A DNA stretch of 64,000 nucleotides from Candidatus Bathyarchaeota archaeon (GTDB taxonomy: Archaea > Thermoproteota > Bathyarchaeia > Bathyarchaeales > Bathycorpusculaceae): the NCBI GenBank assembly GCA_963832745.1, contig CAWHVC010000001.1, forward strand, positions 448,001 to 512,000, read 5' to 3'. Shown piece after piece: positions 38,337-48,921 of this stretch. The position numbers and the translations under genes were made by a program. The notes under the pieces are model-generated. The model saw only the letters and a program-made list of their open reading frames with translations, was not told the DNA's origin and made no database searches. The number at the start of each line of letters is the position of its first letter. Position 1 is the stretch's first letter.

Positions 38337-40211
38337 GTGTCGATAAGCAATCAGAATACAATGAGAAGGCAAATCAAAAATTTTGCTTTACCAAAAAAGA
38401 GGTCTTACAACAAACAAGAACTAATTAAATCAGAAGAAAAATTTAGAGGATTAGTTGAGGCTACAAGCGATTGGATTTGGCAAACAAACCAAAACGGCCT
38501 TTACACTTATGTTAGCCCCAAAATTAAAGACATATTAGGATATGAACCTGAGGAGGTTCTAGGCAAAACACCTTTTGACTTGATGCCTAAAAGGGAAGCC
38601 ACAAAAATATTAAAGACTTTTACAGCTTTTTTAAAAAATAAGCAACCCTTTTTTAATCTTGAAAACTGGAATTTGCATAAGAATGGCCGATTGGTTCTGC
38701 TTGAAACTAGTGGAGTTCCAGTTATTGACGAAAAAGGGCATCTTCTTGGTTACCGTGGTATCGACCGAGATATAACGGAACGCAAAAAAATTGAGGATGC
38801 ATTAAAAGAAAGTGAGCAGCTTTATCGTACCCTGTTTGATAACAGTGACGATGGCTTTCTGCTGCTTGAACCAATCTGTGAAAATGGCAACTTTGATTTT
38901 AGATTTTTAAAACTTAATAAGGCATATGAGCGCCAAACTGGCGTTAAAGCAGAGGCTGTTTTGTGCAAAAGAGCAAGAATTGTTGTTCCTGACCTTAAAG
39001 AAGAAGTGTTCATGAATGTCTTCAAAGTGGCTAAAACAGGCAAATCAGTGCGCACCGAAGAATACACTAAAGCTACCCACAGATGGTTTGATGCCTACTA
39101 TTTTCCTTACGCCGAAGGTAACGTTGGTATTCTTTTCAGGGATATAACTAATCATAAGAAGGCTGAGCAATCTTTGAGGCGTTCTGAAGAGCAGTACCGC
39201 GTTTACGTTGAAAGTTCGCCTGTTGCATTTTTCGTCATTGACTCGAAAGCAAAATATATTCAGGTAAATGATAGAGCATGTAAACTGTTGGGTTACTCTA
39301 GAAAAGAGCTATTGGAAATGACTATTTTTGACATTGTTTTTAAAGAAGATATTCCGTTGACAAATGAACAATACTCTGAATTGAAAGAAAACGGCAAATC
39401 AATACGAGAGTTTAGATTAAAAAGAAAAGATGGAACGCCGATATACGTCATTTTAAATGTAGTGCTGTTGTCCGATGGACGGGCTATGGCTTTCTGCGAA
39501 GATATTACGGAACGTAAAAAGCTGGAAAAGTTACTACAGGTTAAAGAGCGGCTTGCTGCTATTGGGGCTACAGCTGGCATGGTTGGACACGACATCCGCA
39601 ACCCATTGCAAGCCATGTTAAGCGACATTTTTCTATTAAAATCGGAATTGACTTCTCTTCATGAAAACGTTAGAGAGATTGTAACTGAAAGCTTGGATAA
39701 CTTGGAAACTAACATTATGTATATCAACAAAATAGTAGCTGACTTACAAGACTATTCCAGAACCTTGAGTCTTGAATTAAAAACTGTTGAACTTTCTGAA
39801 GTTATTGTTAACGTATTAAACACGGTATATGTTCCAGAAAAGATTGCACTTTCAATCAACATTGACAGCGGGCTTCCAACCATAAAAACTGACCCTATCT
39901 TATTACAGCGTGTATTAACTAATTTGGTCAACAATGCCATTCAAGCAATGCCCAATGGCGGCAAATTAGACATAACCAGCTTAATTAAAGAAAACAATTT
40001 AGTCATTAATGTTTCTGACACTGGAGTCGGCATTCCTGAAGAAATTAAACCTAAACTTTTTGAGCCAATGTTCACTACAAAAGCCAAAGGGCAAGGGCTA
40101 GGATTGGCTGTCGCAAAAAGACTAGTAAAATCATTAGACGGCACTATAACATTCAAAAGCAAAGTGGGTGAGGGAACAAAATTTACAATAGAGTTGCCAC
40201 TTGTTACATAA
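38337..40211 (+). CDS. Multi-PAS sensor histidine kinase
   Basis: Three PAS domains; GHDIRNPLQ H-box; HATPase boxes. Confidence 0.93.
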   Translation: MSISNQNTMRRQIKNFALPKKRSYNKQELIKSEEKFRGLVEATSDWIWQTNQNGLYTYVSPKIKDILGYEPEEVLGKTPFDLMPKREATKILKTFTAFLKNKQPFFNLENWNLHKNGRLVLLETSGVPVIDEKGHLLGYRGIDRDITERKKIEDALKESEQLYRTLFDNSDDGFLLLEPICENGNFDFRFLKLNKAYERQTGVKAEAVLCKRARIVVPDLKEEVFMNVFKVAKTGKSVRTEEYTKATHRWFDAYYFPYAEGNVGILFRDITNHKKAEQSLRRSEEQYRVYVESSPVAFFVIDSKAKYIQVNDRACKLLGYSRKELLEMTIFDIVFKEDIPLTNEQYSELKENGKSIREFRLKRKDGTPIYVILNVVLLSDGRAMAFCEDITERKKLEKLLQVKERLAAIGATAGMVGHDIRNPLQAMLSDIFLLKSELTSLHENVREIVTESLDNLETNIMYINKIVADLQDYSRTLSLELKTVELSEVIVNVLNTVYVPEKIALSINIDSGLPTIKTDPILLQRVLTNLVNNAIQAMPNGGKLDITSLIKENNLVINVSDTGVGIPEEIKPKLFEPMFTTKAKGQGLGLAVAKRLVKSLDGTITFKSKVGEGTKFTIELPLVT

Positions 40212-40255
40212 TCAAAACATTTCGCATGTTTCAACAGTAACCCCACCAAAAAATC

Positions 40256-40828
40256 TTACTTCAAATAGTTGAAGTAGATAACTGAACCACTAAAGCGTTT
40301 ATAATGTTTGTATTTTTCACGAATTTCCCTGTTCTTAAAAGCAAAAGTAGAGATTGCTTCCCAGAGAAAAACCCATCCACCTATACTTATGCCCTCGACT
40401 AGAGTGGAAAATACGATGTTATCAAGAATCAAAGGTCTAAGCGAATACGACGCTAACAGCAGGATAAATGCAGCCAACACATAGAATGCACTTTTTTGGT
40501 GTGAATTTTTTATTTCTATCCTGAGCGAGTTTCTAACATTTGAAAAATATGTCTTTAACCCAGATTTTATTTTTTCTTCCTTAAGCGAATCCTGTTTTTC
40601 TCGGGAGACAGTGAATTTGATTTTTATGTCATGTTTTATCGGTATATCGCTTGAACATTCTTCTAAAAACATGCGCAAATCCCGATTCAAATCGCGAATT
40701 CTGAAAGGTGCAGAGTCTAATTCATTGAAAATATCGTTATAATCCTCGATTGCTACACTGATAATGAATGAATTCGAACCGCTATCAAATTCATATATTT
40801 TCTCTAACGCTTTTTCATCATTTTTCAT
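40256..40828 (-). CDS. Hypothetical membrane protein
   Basis: DIFNELDSAPFR...EGISIGGWVFLWEA; two TM helices. Confidence 0.75.
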   Translation of the reverse strand: MKNDEKALEKIYEFDSGSNSFIISVAIEDYNDIFNELDSAPFRIRDLNRDLRMFLEECSSDIPIKHDIKIKFTVSREKQDSLKEEKIKSGLKTYFSNVRNSLRIEIKNSHQKSAFYVLAAFILLLASYSLRPLILDNIVFSTLVEGISIGGWVFLWEAISTFAFKNREIREKYKHYKRFSGSVIYFNYLK

Positions 40829-41066
40829 AATAAACTAAAACCAAGTAACCATTACTCATAGAATATGTGTACATAAAGAGTAAGCCAGTATATTAACAAC
40901 CTATTTACTTAAAAGAAAATCACCATTAGAAATCAACATTTTAGAGCACCAGTTCAAAGTAAACTGCTTAGCAGTCCTTCCTTGTTATTTTCGCTCAAGC
41001 TAATTGTGTACAAAAGAAAAAGACCTAAAGTAAGCCCTTCACTTAACGAGTAAAGAAGCAAGTGCT

Positions 41067-41324
41067 TTAAGAACTATTTTTGGTTTGTCCCCTAAAAGGA
41101 GCCGGAATTATTTCTCTCTCAAGTAACGCGTAGGCACTAATGCCTCTTCTTTCACTGTTTGTCTGAGGTAACGTAGCTATGTTGGAAAACTTTACAACCC
41201 ATCCGTCTTGAGCTAACTGATTTAGTTCCCTTTCAAACTTTGATGCTACTGAAATTCCAAAAGAAAATTCTCCAGCGTTATCTTCCCAATAAACCACTTT
41301 GTATTCGTTCATAATATGATCCAC
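41067..41324 (-). CDS. DUF4177-like small protein
   Basis: EYKVV...LNQLAQDGW...LLER. Confidence 0.7.
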   Translation of the reverse strand: MDHIMNEYKVVYWEDNAGEFSFGISVASKFERELNQLAQDGWVVKFSNIATLPQTNSERRGISAYALLEREIIPAPFRGQTKNSS

Positions 41325-41486
41325 ACTTCTCAGAGTTTGTGATACAATTTAACACTTTGCTATCAAATATCACAAGAAAATTCAATAACACACAACATGT
41401 ATTTTGGTTTTGGTTTCCTTGAGATGGTCAATACAAAATCGGATTTTTGCTATCTTTGTTGCATAAGTGGCATCTTATGTGCCCCT

Positions 41487-42557
41487 TTATTCTTGTGTTT
41501 TTTGTGGCAGGTGGATTATGAATTTTGTTCCTTTGCCTATTTGACTTTCAAAATCAATAGTGCCCCCTTGAGCTTCTACCAGCCGCTTCACAACAGATAA
41601 GCCCAAGCCTTGCCCTTTTGCTTTGGTTGTCATCATTGGCGTAAACAATTTAGGTTTGACTTCCTCGGGGATGCCTGTACCTGTGTCTTCAACGGTGATT
41701 ATTAGGACGTCTTCTTTTTTGTAAGTGGCGATTGCAAGTTTGCCTCCGAACGGCATGGCTTGAACAGCGTTTGTAGCCAGATTTGTTAGAATACGCTTAA
41801 GAAACGTTAATTCAATTTGGACTTTAAGGTTTCCCAATTTGCATGAGTGAGAAACATCAATATTGTTTGGGATGTCTATGTTTTCCAGAAAGCCTTCAAT
41901 TACCTCACAGAGATTCTCAACCTCAACTATTTCGGGGTTGAGTTTTCTGCTGTAATCCTGCAAGTCAGCCACTATCTTGTTGATGTACGTTACGTTTTTC
42001 TCTATCTCTTCTAAGCTTTCGGCAACATCTCTTTTCATCGGCATTTCTGGCATAGACGACAAAAAATCTTTTAACAAAAAAATGTCACTAGTAATAGCCT
42101 GAAGGGGATTGCGGATGTCGTGTCCAACCATGCCAGCTGTAGCCCCAATAGCAGCAAGCCGCTCTTTCTCTTGAACCTGACGTTCTAGATCCTTGCGATC
42201 AGTAATATCATTAAACAATACGGCGATTTTGTCGGTTGCTACGGGTATAAATTGTGTTTCAAACGTTCTTTTCATTTTGTTGTTATAATATTCGTAGCTT
42301 AGGGTTTGGCCTGTTTTGGCGGCTTCTATGGCGCAATCGTACCAACGTTGCTCCGCGCTTGGTGCGTACTGTTTTTTGCGTTTGCCTATTAGGTCCGCGG
42401 CTTTGGCTCCTGTTTGCCGTTCGTAAGCTGGGTTAACTTCCAAGAAAACAAAATCTTCCACGTTGCATTGCTCATCAAAAATCAACTCTAATAATTCGAA
42501 GCCTTGGTCAAGTCTTTCAATAAATTTAGTAAGAATTTCGTGGCTAAAAATAGACAT
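41487..42557 (-). CDS. PAS sensor histidine kinase
   Basis: PAS plus the same HisKA/HATPase motifs; ATG 42557 preferred. Confidence 0.92.
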   Translation of the reverse strand: MSIFSHEILTKFIERLDQGFELLELIFDEQCNVEDFVFLEVNPAYERQTGAKAADLIGKRKKQYAPSAEQRWYDCAIEAAKTGQTLSYEYYNNKMKRTFETQFIPVATDKIAVLFNDITDRKDLERQVQEKERLAAIGATAGMVGHDIRNPLQAITSDIFLLKDFLSSMPEMPMKRDVAESLEEIEKNVTYINKIVADLQDYSRKLNPEIVEVENLCEVIEGFLENIDIPNNIDVSHSCKLGNLKVQIELTFLKRILTNLATNAVQAMPFGGKLAIATYKKEDVLIITVEDTGTGIPEEVKPKLFTPMMTTKAKGQGLGLSVVKRLVEAQGGTIDFESQIGKGTKFIIHLPQKTQE

Positions 42558-42603
42558 TTTGACTACATGTGATATTCTTGCGAAAAATAATAAACAATTC
42601 GGA

Positions 42604-42900
42604 TTAATCCAGCCCAAAGTTTCTAACGGGCATGCCTATTTTTCTTTCTTTAAACGTGTTTCCGCCAAAAAAAATAGTTATTGCCATTATCACAAAAGCT
42701 TCTATAATTAGAACGGTTTTATTTTGATTTGACCAATTGCTTTCAAGCGTTGATTGAGCCCCAGTTGTTGTAGGTATAGCTGTAAGAGTGTCTGCTGGTG
42801 TTGGTGCAATTACTTTAAAGCTAACCCTATCCCCAAGACTGGTTTGCTTCAACTACAGTGCAAGCCAATATACCTGTTAAAAAAATAGGGAACATTGAAA
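42604..42900 (-). pseudogene. Possible fragment of a membrane-anchored surface protein
   Basis: PT-rich linker, TM helix and basic stretch without an intact N-terminus. Confidence 0.3.
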
Positions 42901-42991
42901 CAAGTAACGCTTTCTTATTTGCTGCTTCATAACTTCGACGATTACTGGATTTCAGTTTGCTTAGAGCTTTATTTCAAAATCCGTTTAAATT

Positions 42992-45490
42992 TCAACTGTA
43001 CGGGTACGCTTCAATATTTAGTATGCTCTCAAACTTTTCAAGGCTTAAATCAGCTTCAACTTTGCAGCCCACCGTTTTAAGCTGGTTAGGCAGCAAATCA
43101 AAAAAGTTATCCTCATAAGCAATCTTGAAGCCTTCAAGTTTGAGGTGCACCCCCTTGGCGTAAACGTTTGAGGCAAGGGTTACTTCAAATTTTCCAACGT
43201 CAGTTTTGCGGATGATAGTTTGGATTTGAGGTTTTGGCAGCTTTAACTCTTTAGGTTCCCTAACTGTTCGTGTATCCATGTAAACCATTTTGCCAGCGCT
43301 CTCCAACGTTACAGCTAAGACGCAGTCATCAAGCAACGGCAAATCTTCACATGCCACCTCCAGAACAGACTCTGAAGTGAAAGCGTCAGGATACACCTGC
43401 TTTTTGGTTTCATGCAGGATTTTGCCGTTAAACCTGAGGACTTGGAATGTAAAGTTAAGGTCAGCCTGCTTGTCTGTTTCGTTTATAGCGTAGCAGGTAA
43501 CTTGGTCGTCTTTTATTATTAGGGAGGCAATGACTGGTTTGAAGGCACGTTTTACAGTGTAATAAGCGGCTTTTGGGTTTACTCCATAATCGATTAAGCT
43601 CCAGCTGATGACGGGCCAGCAATCGTTAAGTTGCCATATCAAGCAACCACTGGTTTTGAACATTCGACTTCTCCAATGGGTAATAGCCGTTTTAAGTGCA
43701 TCACCTTGGTTCAGTTGGCTATAGAGCACAAACAGCCGTAAGTCGTCGGGGACGGGATAATGCACAGCCAAGAGTGCACGTAGAATTTCCAAGCCGCCAT
43801 TCTGCTTCTCGTGAGCTTTGAATGCTTGCGAGTTAGGGTTCAAGTCAGCGTCTTCCAAGTAAGCTTGTAGCAGAGCCATTGTGGGAAGCGCCTGCCAACC
43901 GAATTCCGAAATAAACCGTCCATTGTCTTTAAGGTATGCGGGGTAATCGATGCCTTGGCTCCAAACTTCCCAGTTGTGCCTGTCGCCTTCATGCTTACCG
44001 CTTGAGTCTTCGCCTCCGAACGGGGAGCTTGGACGATACGGGCGTGTTGGGTCAAGAAACTTTGAAGTCTGCAATAGGAGATGCTCGTAGATTTCTGAAC
44101 CGTAGAGGCGTTCAACTTTGTCGCGGGTGCGCCAGAGGATGTTGTGTAGCCACTGGTTTTCGTTGTTGCCGCACCAAACCACAATGGATGGGTGTCCTCT
44201 TAGGCGTAGTACAGCTTCCATGGCTTCTCTTTCAGCTTCACGCAGGAACCATTCTTCTTCAGGGTAACCAGCGCAGACGTACATGAAATCCTGCCAAACC
44301 ATAATCCCCAACCAATCGCACAGACTGTAGAAGGCGTCGTCTTCATATACGCCTCCGCCCCAAACCCGTAACATGTTGAAATTTGCTTCTGCAGCCAACA
44401 TCAACAGTTTGAAGTATTGCTCATAATTTACTTTAGGCAGAAACGAGTCTGCGGGTACCCAGTTTGCGCCTTTACAGAAAACGTTTTGGCCGTTGATTCT
44501 AAAAATGAAGGTTTTGCCTTCCTCATCAGGCTCCTCTATTAGCTCAATTTTTCGTATGCCCACTTTAACGCTGGCATCTTCTAACCGTTCGCTGCCTGAC
44601 CACAGTTGCACGTTGACGTCGTACAGGTTGGGTTCCCCGTAACCTCTGGGCCACCACAAATGCGGCTCTTCCACATCTAAGGTGCATTCAGCAAAGTTCC
44701 TGCCTTCTTTTACCTGCACCACGGTTTCTTGTTTAATGTTTTGCCCAAAACCTACAAGAGCAAACTTGACATTCAACTCGATGTTTTTTATGGCATAAAC
44801 TTCTGCGGCAATCTTGATTTTCGCTTTTTCCTTGAAAACTTCAACTGGTAAACCTGAGATGTAACCGAGCCGTGCAGTGTTGTAAGCGACAACTTTTGCT
44901 TCACGCCAAATTCCTGAAGTAGGCAAAGTGGGTCCCCAGTCCCAACCGAAAGAGTATTGCGCTTTTCGAACGTAAGGTCGGGCTGAGAAGTTGTCCGAGC
45001 AGAGGCATGTGTATTTGTGTTTGTGTTTCTCTTCAAGTTCACTAGCGATTTTGTAAATGGGTTTGAAACGTATTGCAACAACGTTTTTTCCCTCTTTTGC
45101 GACGTCTTTGATGTTGAAACGCCAGGGAGTAAACATGTTGCTTGCTTCCCCCACTTTTACGTCGTTAACCCAAACCGTCGCGTAAGTATCAAGACCAGCA
45201 AAAACCAGCTCTACAACGTCACGGTTTATCATGTCGCTGGTTAGGTCGACTTCTTTTCTGTACCACCATTCGCTCTCGTTTACCCATTGTACTTCACGTT
45301 CGTTATTGCCTCTGAATGGGTCGGGAATTAACTGGTTAGCTAGAAGGTTTGTGTGTGCTGTTAAGGGTGCTTCAGCCAGCAGCCAATCGTCAACTTTGGC
45401 GTCAATGGCATACGCTTTTTGTTCTTCACCGTTTAATTCTTTGAAGCCTTTAAATCTCCAAAGTCCGCCTAAGAGAACTTCAACTGGCAA
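42992..45490 (-). CDS. GH2 beta-mannosidase-like glycoside hydrolase
   Basis: GLDTYA, RKAQYSFGWDWGP, NMLRVWGGG, WCGNNE, RFISEFG, WQLNDCWP. Confidence 0.93.
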   Translation of the reverse strand: MPVEVLLGGLWRFKGFKELNGEEQKAYAIDAKVDDWLLAEAPLTAHTNLLANQLIPDPFRGNNEREVQWVNESEWWYRKEVDLTSDMINRDVVELVFAGLDTYATVWVNDVKVGEASNMFTPWRFNIKDVAKEGKNVVAIRFKPIYKIASELEEKHKHKYTCLCSDNFSARPYVRKAQYSFGWDWGPTLPTSGIWREAKVVAYNTARLGYISGLPVEVFKEKAKIKIAAEVYAIKNIELNVKFALVGFGQNIKQETVVQVKEGRNFAECTLDVEEPHLWWPRGYGEPNLYDVNVQLWSGSERLEDASVKVGIRKIELIEEPDEEGKTFIFRINGQNVFCKGANWVPADSFLPKVNYEQYFKLLMLAAEANFNMLRVWGGGVYEDDAFYSLCDWLGIMVWQDFMYVCAGYPEEEWFLREAEREAMEAVLRLRGHPSIVVWCGNNENQWLHNILWRTRDKVERLYGSEIYEHLLLQTSKFLDPTRPYRPSSPFGGEDSSGKHEGDRHNWEVWSQGIDYPAYLKDNGRFISEFGWQALPTMALLQAYLEDADLNPNSQAFKAHEKQNGGLEILRALLAVHYPVPDDLRLFVLYSQLNQGDALKTAITHWRSRMFKTSGCLIWQLNDCWPVISWSLIDYGVNPKAAYYTVKRAFKPVIASLIIKDDQVTCYAINETDKQADLNFTFQVLRFNGKILHETKKQVYPDAFTSESVLEVACEDLPLLDDCVLAVTLESAGKMVYMDTRTVREPKELKLPKPQIQTIIRKTDVGKFEVTLASNVYAKGVHLKLEGFKIAYEDNFFDLLPNQLKTVGCKVEADLSLEKFESILNIEAYPYS

Positions 45491-45874
45491 CTGTATCCCC
45501 TCAGCAAATACGCTGCTGAATCAAATTAATATTGCTAATGCATAAAAGATTGAATATACTGGGAATAATTTGAAAAAAAAGTTTAAACTTACAAGTTAAT
45601 GCCTGATTAGTTTTCAATTAGTATGTTGTTTGCTAAAAAAGGGGGGCAATGTTAACTTTTTTTTAATTTTTCAAAATTGTTATTGCCTTTTTCTTTACTC
45701 CCTTTTGCTGACGGGTTTGTGCTCAAATTCAGACACGCCAAAAGAGCGGTTTTTGAAATGCCCCTTGATTCGTGGCCATAAATTTTGTAGGGACTGCATA
45801 AACCTTTAATAATTGGAAGACTGATGTGTAAAACGAATTTCATATCTAAGTATAGTTAAAAGAGGAAGTAATGT

Positions 45875-47179
45875 ATGAGCAAATCCGATAAACCCCACTT
45901 AAATATTATCATTATGGGGCACGTTGACAACGGCAAATCAACAACCACCGGACACTTACTGTATCTGGCAGGCGTTATCGACCAAAGAACAATAGACGCG
46001 TACCAAGCAGAAGCCGAAGCAATGGGCAAAGGCACATTCCACTTCGCGTGGGTACTTGACAACTTAAAGGAAGAACGTGAACGCGGTGTCACAATCGACC
46101 TTCGATTCCTACAATTCCCAACAAAGAAATACAACATGACCGTTATTGACGCACCAGGCCACAGAGACTTTATCAAGAACATGATCACTGGCGCAAGCCA
46201 AGCCGACGCAGCAGTCCTCTTCAGTTCAGCCAAGAAAGGCGAATTCGAAGCAGGCATTGGAGCTGGCGGTCAAACACGTGAACACGCATTCCTTGCATTC
46301 ACTTTAGGTATACGCCAATTAATTGTTGCCATCAACAAGATGGACGATAACACAGTTAACTGGAGCAAAGACCGCTACGATGAAATGAAGAACGAAATCT
46401 CAAGAATGCTCCGCATGGTCGGCTTCAAACTTGAGAAAATCAATTTCGTTCCAGTTTCAGGCTGGACAGGCGACAACTTGCTCAAGAAGAGCGACAAGAT
46501 GCCATGGTACACTGGTCCAACCTTAATGGAAGCATTCGACCTATTAGAACTTCCAGCAAAACCAACAAACAAACCACTCCGTGTTCCAGTCCAAGACATT
46601 TACACAATCACCGGCATCGGTACAGTCCCAGTCGGCAGAGTAGAAACAGGCATACTAAAACCAGGACAAAGCCTAATCTTCATGCCATCCAACAAGACCG
46701 CTGAAGTCAAATCCATCGAAATGCACCACACCAGCATCCCAATGGCAGAACCAGGCGACAACATCGGCATGAACGTTAGAGGCATCGCAAAGAACGATGT
46801 TCACCGCGGAGACGTTGCAGGTCCAGTTGACAACCCCCCAACAGTCGCAAAAGAATTCATCGGCCAAATCATCGTTATATACCACCCAACAGCAATCGCA
46901 GCAGGCTACACACCAGTACTTCACTACCACACAGGTCAAATCGCAGTCAAATTCGTTGAACTAATCAAGAAAATCGACCCACGCACAGGCCAAGTGTCAG
47001 AAGAACACCCATCCTTCCTAAAGACAGGAGACGCAGCATGGGTACGCATGGAACCATTCCACCCAATCGCAATCGAAGCATTCACAGACTTCCCAGAACT
47101 CGGCAGATTCGCAATCCGAGACATGGGCACCACCGTCGCAGCAGGCGCAGTCAAAGAAGTAACCAAGAAAGGGCCATAA
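45875..47179 (+). CDS. tuf: Translation elongation factor EF-1 alpha
   Basis: GHVDNGKST, ERERGVTI, DAPGHRDF, NKMD, LGRFAIRDMG. Confidence 0.98.
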   Translation: MSKSDKPHLNIIIMGHVDNGKSTTTGHLLYLAGVIDQRTIDAYQAEAEAMGKGTFHFAWVLDNLKEERERGVTIDLRFLQFPTKKYNMTVIDAPGHRDFIKNMITGASQADAAVLFSSAKKGEFEAGIGAGGQTREHAFLAFTLGIRQLIVAINKMDDNTVNWSKDRYDEMKNEISRMLRMVGFKLEKINFVPVSGWTGDNLLKKSDKMPWYTGPTLMEAFDLLELPAKPTNKPLRVPVQDIYTITGIGTVPVGRVETGILKPGQSLIFMPSNKTAEVKSIEMHHTSIPMAEPGDNIGMNVRGIAKNDVHRGDVAGPVDNPPTVAKEFIGQIIVIYHPTAIAAGYTPVLHYHTGQIAVKFVELIKKIDPRTGQVSEEHPSFLKTGDAAWVRMEPFHPIAIEAFTDFPELGRFAIRDMGTTVAAGAVKEVTKKGP

Positions 47180-47418
47180 ACCCTTTAACCCTTTTTAATC
47201 CTGAATTTTTAGGGTTTTATTTTTTGTTTTTAAATTTTTAAAATATTTTCTTATTGGAATGTTCATTTACCCTTTTTAACGTTCAAACCGCGCTAAACAG
47301 CAATCAGCTTACAGGGTACAATGACTTGTCTGTTAGAACGTACATAAATCATTTTTTTTTATCTTGTGTCCTTTCTGTAATATTTCTTATTATACTGCGG
47401 GTAACATAATTCTACGAT

Positions 47419-47547
47419 ATGAAAACGATAAAGGTTTCAGATGAAGTTCATGCAAAACTAACCAAAATGCTTGGCGAGAGGATTGCTAAAACAGGAAAAA
47501 TAGAGACTTATAATGAAGTGCTCTTGTATCTTCTTAACAAAACTTGA
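47419..47547 (+). CDS. 42-aa RHH/antitoxin-like protein
   Basis: MKTIKVSDEVHAKLTKMLGERIAKTGKIETYNEVLLYLLNKT; below the ORF-track size cutoff. Confidence 0.7.
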   Translation: MKTIKVSDEVHAKLTKMLGERIAKTGKIETYNEVLLYLLNKT

Positions 47548-47589
47548 TTCATTTTTAGATTAAAAAAGAAAAAATTGGATTAACCAATT

Positions 47590-48737
47590 TTATGGTGTTA
47601 CACTGATAGAGTCAACGTTTAATTGTGCGCTGCTTCCATTATTGTATACAAGAACGTTTACATACCTGAACGCGTTGGAAGAGTATCCGCAGTCTATCCA
47701 GCTTGGTGTTGTTGAAGAAATTATTTTGTCCGTTACGGTAGCGGTCCATGTCTGTTTGTCATTTGAGATGTAAACATACATATGGCTATTATAACCCGCG
47801 CTTGAGTAACCATAAATTTCAATTTTGCCCGTAGCTTGTTGGTTTAAAGTTGCGCTAAATCTCCCTGTTTCACCATTATTATATGCATAAATTGTTGCAT
47901 ACTGACCATCGTTGGTATTTCCTTGTACGTATGTGGGGTTATTGACTCTCTCATTGTAAGCGGGGTCTATGCTTGAGGCGTAATAAGATGTATTACTGTA
48001 TGTTTTTTGAACAAAGTCATTATTTTGCTGTAAGGATTATAAATTGCGTTTGAAAGATGCCCTGCACTTACAAAGAGATATTGATTATCGGATATGGTTG
48101 CGTTTTGTCCTATGCTTATTCCATTTCCTCCAACGTGTCCGACTGTTTTCTCATGATTGAAATTGATTAATCCCGCTTTTATTTCGCCGTTAATATACAT
48201 GCCGTTACATGGTTGACTTGACCAAACATTTGCTTTGATAAATGGTGCATGAAGTTTGCAATCTTGTCCTATGTCGATGCCTGTTAAATTTGATGTGTCT
48301 TTCAGCGATATTCCTACATCATCTATATGTGAGAAACTAAAGCTACCTGTACCAGTTCCTTTTGTGAATTGAATTCCTTTATTTACCCAGGCCATGCGGA
48401 TGTGTTCCATTCGTGTGGATTCCGACCATTTATTTGTAGTTGCAGTTACTTTAATTCCTACGTCAACGTTTTTTATACTGATGTTACGGATTTGACAATT
48501 ATAGACATCACTTAATTCGATCGCTGTTTCACTTCCAGTGTCGCCTAAAAGCACGATGTTTTCAATTGATGCGTTTTTGTTTAAATCACCGAAATTTGAT
48601 GCTACTCTGATGATTGGACTAGCGGATGACCTGATGGTGACAATTTTGCTGCCAGTACCTCTGAGAAGTCCATCAGCTGGAAGATCGATAGTATAACTAA
48701 ATGTTTGATCTTGTGAATATTCAATTAAACTACTCAT
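47590..48737 (-). pseudogene. Beta-helix protein with C-terminal beta-sandwich domain, split by a -1 frameshift
   Basis: ORF 47967-48737 overlaps a -1 frame that opens near 48036 and runs to 47590 (NDFVQKTYSNTSYYASS...SHMYVYISND...VTP*). Confidence 0.75.
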
Positions 48738-48921
48738 TTTTTAATTCCTCTTTTGATTTTTCATTTTTCCATTGACAAAAGAAAGCATTAAAGAAGACGA
48801 ATAATTACTGAAATAAGAGATGAAAAAGTTAATTTTGGCGAGAACATTTCAAATTAAAAACAAGATAACTAATTCAAAAAAAATAAGAGTTTGATAGGTT
48901 TAGTGTAAATAACTTTTCAAA

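Noticed and set aside
47270-47340. Possible integrase tail remnant (CKLIAV...) on - at the island's left edge
   Set aside because: Too short and degenerate to support
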